Source: the human T2T-CHM13v2.0 reference genome, Homo sapiens | Length of the DNA: 64,000 bases | Direction: 5' to 3' (one strand) | Assembly (NCBI RefSeq): GCF_009914755.1 | Contig: NC_060925.1 | Program-made: the position numbers and the translations under genes | Shown: positions 57,691 to 64,000 of the stretch, piece after piece | How the letters are laid out: every line of letters begins with the position of its first letter | Numbering within the stretch: position 1 is the first letter of the stretch | The notes under the pieces: model-generated | Told to the model about the DNA's origin: nothing | Database searches by the model: none | The model's input: the letters and a program-made list of their open reading frames with translations, nothing else

Positions 57691-57954
57691 CTGGCATTGG
57701 AAGCATTTTTAAGAACTGGATATTAGATACAATACATCACTTCAGAAATAACTGTTAGAAAGTTATCTAATGCATGGAGAAGCTGTATTTACTGTTGAAC
57801 TCCATTTACTTTAAAACCCATATTGTAATAATTTTTGGATTATTTTACATTTTTATTTGTAATTTAGTGTGTTCTCCTTTGTTAGCAGGCTACCATCTAT
57901 CTTTATTCTCTTAATGTTCAACTAAACAGAGATACAGCTCAAAGGATACAAACA

Positions 57955-58245
57955 GGATGTTAGTCAAAGGATACAAAATTTCAGTTAGACCGAAGGAATG
58001 AATTCAAAATATCTATTGTACAGCAAGGTGACTATACTTCATATCAATGTATTGTGTACTTGAAAATTGCTGAGAATAGATTTTAAGTGTTTACACTACA
58101 GATAAATATGTGAGGTAATGCATAAGTTAATTAGATCATTTAACTATTGCACAATGTATATATTTCAAAACATCATATTGTACACACATATTTGTACAGT
58201 TTTTGTCAATGAAAAAAGAAAGAATAATAAGAAAAAGTAATAATA
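57955..58245 (+). mobile_element. L1MA-type 3' end
   Basis: gttagtcaaaggatacaaaatttcagttagac...ctattgtacagcaaggtgactata...ttcaaaacatcatattgtacac followed by an A-rich tail. Confidence 0.85.
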
Positions 58246-58461
58246 AATGAAGCCTTGAGGACTTGTGATATCCATTCAGATTTTTCCATCTGTGCAGGCC
58301 AGGCGTATTTGGTGTTTTGGTGGGAGTGGTTTTTAGATGTATGATATTGCCTTGTGATTGCTGTGGTCATGTGCAGAAGACATCATTTTAGACTGAAAAA
58401 TTTTATAATAAAAATCATTACATATTAAATAAATACTTCGCCACTTTAAATTTCCAGTTGA

Positions 58462-58801
<340 letters not shown>

Positions 58802-59269
58802 TTCTTTTTACTTTTGATTAATTTTATTTGTTCTGAAAAGTATATATGCATTATTAAATATTCTGAATTTTAAAAGAAACCTACCAGGATTTATTTGTGT
58901 AAATTAATCTTGAGTATTAATTTTGGGTGGATGGTTCCATTATGAATTCTAGCAATACTCATTTTTTAAGCACAATTTTAAAAAATATCTTCACAGGTGA
59001 AAATATTCATTTATAAATTTTATGATGAGTTTTGTAAGATTTTCCTCTATATTTTATCTCTCTTTATTTTCTATAGAATCTTAGCTGGGGAAATCTCAGG
59101 TGGAAGCTTCTGGGAATTTTCTTTATGTAGGGTAATTCTATAACAGAAGTTTCAGGAGGGCAGATATTTTTATCTGCTTCCCTTACTGCTATATCATCAG
59201 AGGTTAAAATCAGGTTTGACACATAGGAGGTACATAATAAGTATTTGATGAAATGAAAGCAAACACTTG

Positions 59270-59515
59270 CATGCATACTTGCCTCTTCTTGGCCCTCCAT
59301 CTAGTGCTTGGAACATGGATGTGACAACGGGAGTCCATTCTGAGACATGAATCCTAGGGCCACAGAATGGGAAGCTGAAAGAGGTATGAATCTCAGAGCC
59401 ACAGAATAGCTTGACATAAACTCTAACTTTTGATCAAAAAGAAATACAATGATCTCTTCTTAATGTCATTGTTATCTGGAGATTTATGGTACTCATGAGT
59501 GAAACTCATCCAAAC
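59270..59515 (+). mobile_element. Old MLT1-type LTR fragment
   Basis: gcttggaacatggatgtgacaa...ccattctgagacatga...agaatggga; gttatctggagatttatggtact. Confidence 0.45.
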
Positions 59516-59654
59516 CCCGAAACTTTGCTTTTTAGAAAACAATAGAAAAGTAATGAGTCAAATTTGATAGAAAAGTCTGTTGACTCTGAGGTAATTTTTT
59601 AAATCAAAACAATTTAATAAACACTTGATGAACCTTGTCAATTTTACGCATATC

Positions 59655-59905
59655 TTTAATTTTTTTTATTTCAGTAGCTTTAGGGGTACAAGTGGTTTTT
59701 GGGTACATGGATGAATTGTAGAGTGGAGAAGTCTGGCATTTTAGTGCACCCATCACTGGAGTACTGCACACTGTACACAAAAGGTAGTTTTTCATCCCTT
59801 ACTCCCCACCATTCTGCTCACTTCTGAGTCTTCAATGTCCATTACACCACTCTATGCTTTTGTGTATCCAGAACTTAGCTCCCATTTATAAGTGAGAATA
59901 TGTGA
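59655..59905 (-). mobile_element. L1PB-type 3' end
   Basis: tttcagtagctttaggggtacaagtggtttttgggtacatggatgaattg...cttagctcccatttataagtgagaatatg. Confidence 0.88.
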
Positions 59906-59941
59906 ATGATAGATGGAAATCCTAGTCAAAACTTAATCCTA

Positions 59942-60219
59942 GGCCAGGTGCGGTGGCTCATGCCTGCAATCCCAGCACGTTGGGAGGCCAAGGCAGGAGG
60001 ATTGCTTGAGTGCAGGAGTTCAAGACTACCCTAGGCAACATAGTGAGACCCTATTTCTAAAAAAAAAAAAAAAATTAGCAGGTGTGGTGGTGCACACCTA
60101 TAGTCCCAGCTACTCGGGAGCTAAGGTGGGAGAATTGCTTGAGCCTGGAGGTCAAAGATGCAGTGAGGTGTGAGGGTGACAGAGTGAGACCCTGTCTCAG
60201 AACAAACAACAAACCAAAA
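59942..60219 (+). mobile_element. AluJ-type element with a right-arm internal deletion
   Basis: J-type ggaggattgcttgag. The right arm jumps from cagtgaggtgtga to gggtgacagag. TSD-like AAACTTAATC / AAGCTTAATC. Confidence 0.92.
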
Positions 60220-60365
60220 GCTTAATCATTTGTAAACAATGAGGAACTATTTATTGAAACTGGACTGAAAGAAACTTTGGAAAGAATGAAGTAGAAGTAA
60301 ACTGCCATTTGTTATATTTTTGATATATAAGAGGTATGTGTTTGTGTGTGTGTGTGTGTATTTTT

Positions 60366-60405
60366 TTCAAATAGAGATATAATGTGTATCTTGAAGGACT
60401 TCATA

Positions 60406-60452
<47 letters not shown>

Positions 60453-60520
60453 CACTGATATATAGATATAGATATCGATATCTCAAGTCCTTCAAGATAT
60501 ACACTATATTTGTATTTGAA
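60366..60520. repeat. 36-bp inverted repeat (32/36 match) flanking a (TA)~20 microsatellite
   Basis: Arms at 60366-60401 and 60485-60520. (TA)n at about 60409-60448. Confidence 0.9.
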
Positions 60521-61272
60521 CAAAAGTAAGAAAGGAATACTCATAATATTTAAGTAACAGCTTAAAGTCATTCAGGTAGTAAGAGGCAAGTTCAACTGAC
60601 CTGTGGCTTTGAAGCTATTCTCTTCCCACTCATTCATGGTAAGAGTGTGTGATAACCAGTAAAAGGTAGACACTGAAGCCATCTAAACCCTGTTTTCACC
60701 TTAGAAACATAACATCCTCAGATTACATCACAATTAATAATCTCCTGTGTGTACACATTATATGACTCAAATTCAATGAATTTCATTTACAACATATAGG
60801 AATGTATTATGTTAATGGTGAAACATTGCATAAAAAAGATGAAGCCCATTCACACCGTCAGACCTAAGCCCATTTTATCAATGGCTAGCAGATTCCAGAA
60901 TAAAGAAACAAACAAACAAATTTTCAGCAAGCAGTTAACTGAGAAACAGCATGCCTTAACTACACCACTGAAAACAACCCAAATGAGATTCAACAAATTA
61001 CTGTTGGTTAGGGTGACTAAATTTGTAGATAGAAAAATTCTATAGACATAGTGTGTTTGGATTTTAGCAAGTCACTGCTCAAAGCATGTGAGAAAGAAGG
61101 AAGGATAACAATGAAATAGTAGTAGAGAATGGATGGGTTCAAAAGTGGTAGGTGGACTATATCCATACTGTTGGCTAGTGGACTGATACAAATCTGAACC
61201 ACTAACATTGCTTTGTGGTCACATCCCATATATACTTCCACATTGTTCCAATTAGTAGAGTACTAATCTTAG

Positions 61273-61386
61273 ACCTATAAGTTGGATTTGCATTATGAAT
61301 CTTATAAGATTACAAGATTCATAATGCAAGTTTCATAATGCATTCATAAGATTACAAGATTCATAATGCAAATCCAACTTATAGGT
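61273..61386. repeat. Perfect 31-bp inverted repeat with an internal 26-bp direct repeat
   Basis: ACCTATAAGTTGGATTTGCATTATGAATCTT (61273-61303) is the exact reverse complement of 61356-61386. Confidence 0.95.
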
Positions 61387-64000
61387 AGAGATTATTCTGT
61401 TCTTTAAAATATTTTATAATTTCAACCTTAATATGTTGAATAAATAATCTTTTACAGCAAGTGTCTTTTGAAACAAAAACTAATATTAGGAAAAAATAAC
61501 ATTTTGCTAAAAAATATTACATGGCAAAATTGTTAAAAAGTAGATTAGAATTATTCCTTTGTTGCAGATTTCATTATTCTCAAAGGTGCAGATAGTGTGA
61601 TCTCTGACATTAAACTCCGGTGACCCGATCCTGTGTACACAATTTGCCTTTGAATATATAGCTAAGGAAACATATACGGAGCAGGTACACAGGTTGGAAA
61701 TCACAGGATGTTTTCCTAACTGCTAAGGCAGTGACTAGCATGTTTCTGTAGGGGCTGAAAGAGGGTTGGGCTATTGGAGGCTGATCAATCTTCTTAGTCT
61801 GCTATTGTTTTAGGAACAGTGAGAGGAACACCAGAAACCTTGAACATTGCCAGCATTGTACATAATGCAGGGCAGACAACAATTGTCTTAATATTCACAG
61901 ATGTCACTGAGAGACTACATGAGATTTAGGGATAAATGATCATAATCATTACAGTTTTATATTTATTCCTGCCCCTTCATTATTAGTTCTGGATATGGCA
62001 TATTTATCTCTTAAATTAAGAATGATTTGTTCCCATGTAGTGCCTATCACTTGAGAATTTCAACGTGCTTCATGAGCACTGGGCTGAGTTTACATCTAGC
62101 CCGGAACTTCTGCCAGAGCTCTTCTGAATCCCCCTGGAGCTCTTCTGAGTGTGCTACTATTTCCTTAATGGCACTTCTCACTCAGATCAGCTCTGTTGGG
62201 ATGACAAAGAATTCTGCTGAGGTTTAGAGGAAAATGTGAATTTGAATTTGGAACGCTAGCTCTTTAATCCTCCCAGCCCTCTTTGAAATAGAGAAGTGAT
62301 GAGTATTATTACATCCATTTTCTAGACTGAGTTTCAGTGGGTTGCCACTGAAACCACCTCTGCAGAGGTGACTTGCAGGCCTTCGGCTGTCCTCCACCAT
62401 ATGCTGCCTCCCTGCTATAAATTGAAGTGGGAAGAGAACAGAGAGATTTGGATCCCAGAGCTTGTTTCCATGAAATTAAGTAATGTTTGATTTTTAGGCA
62501 CTTAAAATGGATGAGTTAGTTTCCTCTTTGTGAGGTGTGGGTACACACACAAGATAGTTGGAAAATAGTTTGAGCTCTATCCATCTAATCTATTATTGTA
62601 AGATTTGTTTTTTAAAAACACCTATTAATTTGACTCACTTTTTTATTTTTGAGTGAATTTGTGTTACCTCTATTTCATACTCATGCATAAATTATTATTG
62701 CATAGCCTTCTATTCTTGAACAAACATTATTGGAGCAATTCCCTGAAAAATACTGCACTAGAAGCTGCATTGGGTAGGTAAGGGAAGGAAAAAGTGATTT
62801 GTTTGTTTGTTTCGGAAGCCAGAGTATACATTAAATAATGCTTCATATGCCATCTCAAAGATGCATAATAAATAAGTTGATTTTTATATTTCACACACTT
62901 TTTCATCTTAGAAAAGTTTTCAGATATATCCTCCCAACATAAATACACACAGACACACTCACACACACACAAAGTTAAAAAAAAAAAAAGTATTCTTGGA
63001 ACTCTAGAGATAATCAGCACCAAAATCCTGACATTTTTTCCCACTGTTTTCTTGTGTTAAAAACACACCACTTCTGTCAGTTATTGCAAAAGATATTTTT
63101 TTTCAAATGCAGACGTATCCTGCTACCAAGATGGAAATGTCATTATAAAAACTTTAGTTTTTCAAAAATCAACAGGATGGATTTTTAAATGCCAATTCAT
63201 CAATAATGCCCTATCACTGGGGCAGCACTGAAAAAGCATAAAATTCTCTGTCTTTGGGACTGCTGGATCCCATAATGGCTCAATGGCTAATTGCTTTATA
63301 AAAACCAGAGGCAGTATTCTTTCCACACCTCATTCTCAGGATGCAGAATTTGATTAATTGATGTTGGATGATTGGCCATCATAAGGTATGACATTTAGCC
63401 CAGACAAATGAAAGCTGGTTGAAAAAAATTGTGTGCAAAAGCATTGAAAAATAAGATCTGGAAGGGTCAAAGGGCAACAGGAAAAAGCTATTTGATGGTT
63501 AGCTCATATTTACCTTATAAATTTTTTAATAATGGTCAATGCATTTTAATCTGACTGTCTTATAGTCTGAAGTGTAAGTCAATGTATAAGCTAATTGCAG
63601 TAAGCAAAAGTGGTATTTAATGCACTGGACACTTTAACTATCAAAGTATTGTATCTCTAATTAGTGTTTGTAACTGATGTGACAGCAGTTTATAGAGCAC
63701 CAAAATAGTTCCTAATTTGTCAAGTGGGTCTGAAGCTTATGGCAGCTTTCTGATCATCTCCCTTGCCGCAGGACCTGAAAGCACCTTCAAAAAGCTTTCT
63801 CTCATTGATCTTTAGTCAGATGCTGACTGAAAAGCAGACAGCCCTGCCAGAAAGAAGATAGATAGGTGCTGCACTAGCATGAAAAACACCGCACCCTTAA
63901 TGAAAAAGATTCCTGCATATAACTCATGTGTGTGTACAAACACATCCACACAGGGGGTTTCGACAGGGATAGCAGTCCCTGGAAATTAAGGGGGAATGCA

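Noticed and set aside
61273-61386. CRISPR-like or terminator interpretation of the repeats
   Set aside because: Eukaryotic context and no regular repeat-spacer periodicity.
61568-61684. Acceptor ttcctttgttgcag followed by an exon-like segment
   Set aside because: Stops in all three frames and a weak donor; cannot be supported as coding.

Overview
AT-rich, CpG-poor primate genomic DNA, very probably human: it carries an L1HS-Ta-type 3' tail and a near-consensus AluYc1-type copy. Retroelements and DNA transposons dominate. These are primate L1s (five with 5'-inverted, twin-priming structure), older L1M fragments, ten Alus, a full THE1 MaLR provirus with a nested L1PA, four solo THE1/MST LTRs, a MER51-like ERV1 solo LTR, a full-length dead Hsmar2 mariner, a MADE1 MITE, MER3, MIR/L2 relics and an ancient CR1/L3 reverse-transcriptase relic. 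I cannot support any protein-coding gene: the listed ORFs are transposon remnants or chance ORFs, so the window looks intronic or intergenic. I found no convincing novel biological system. The best leads are the ~28-nt L1HS-Ta micro-insertion, the young AluYc1, a cluster of inverted repeats at 60.3-62.4 kb (one duplicates an octamer motif), the well-preserved CR1 relic and a possible micro-exon pair at 56.36-56.51 kb. Subfamily names are recalled from consensus sequences, not from a database search.
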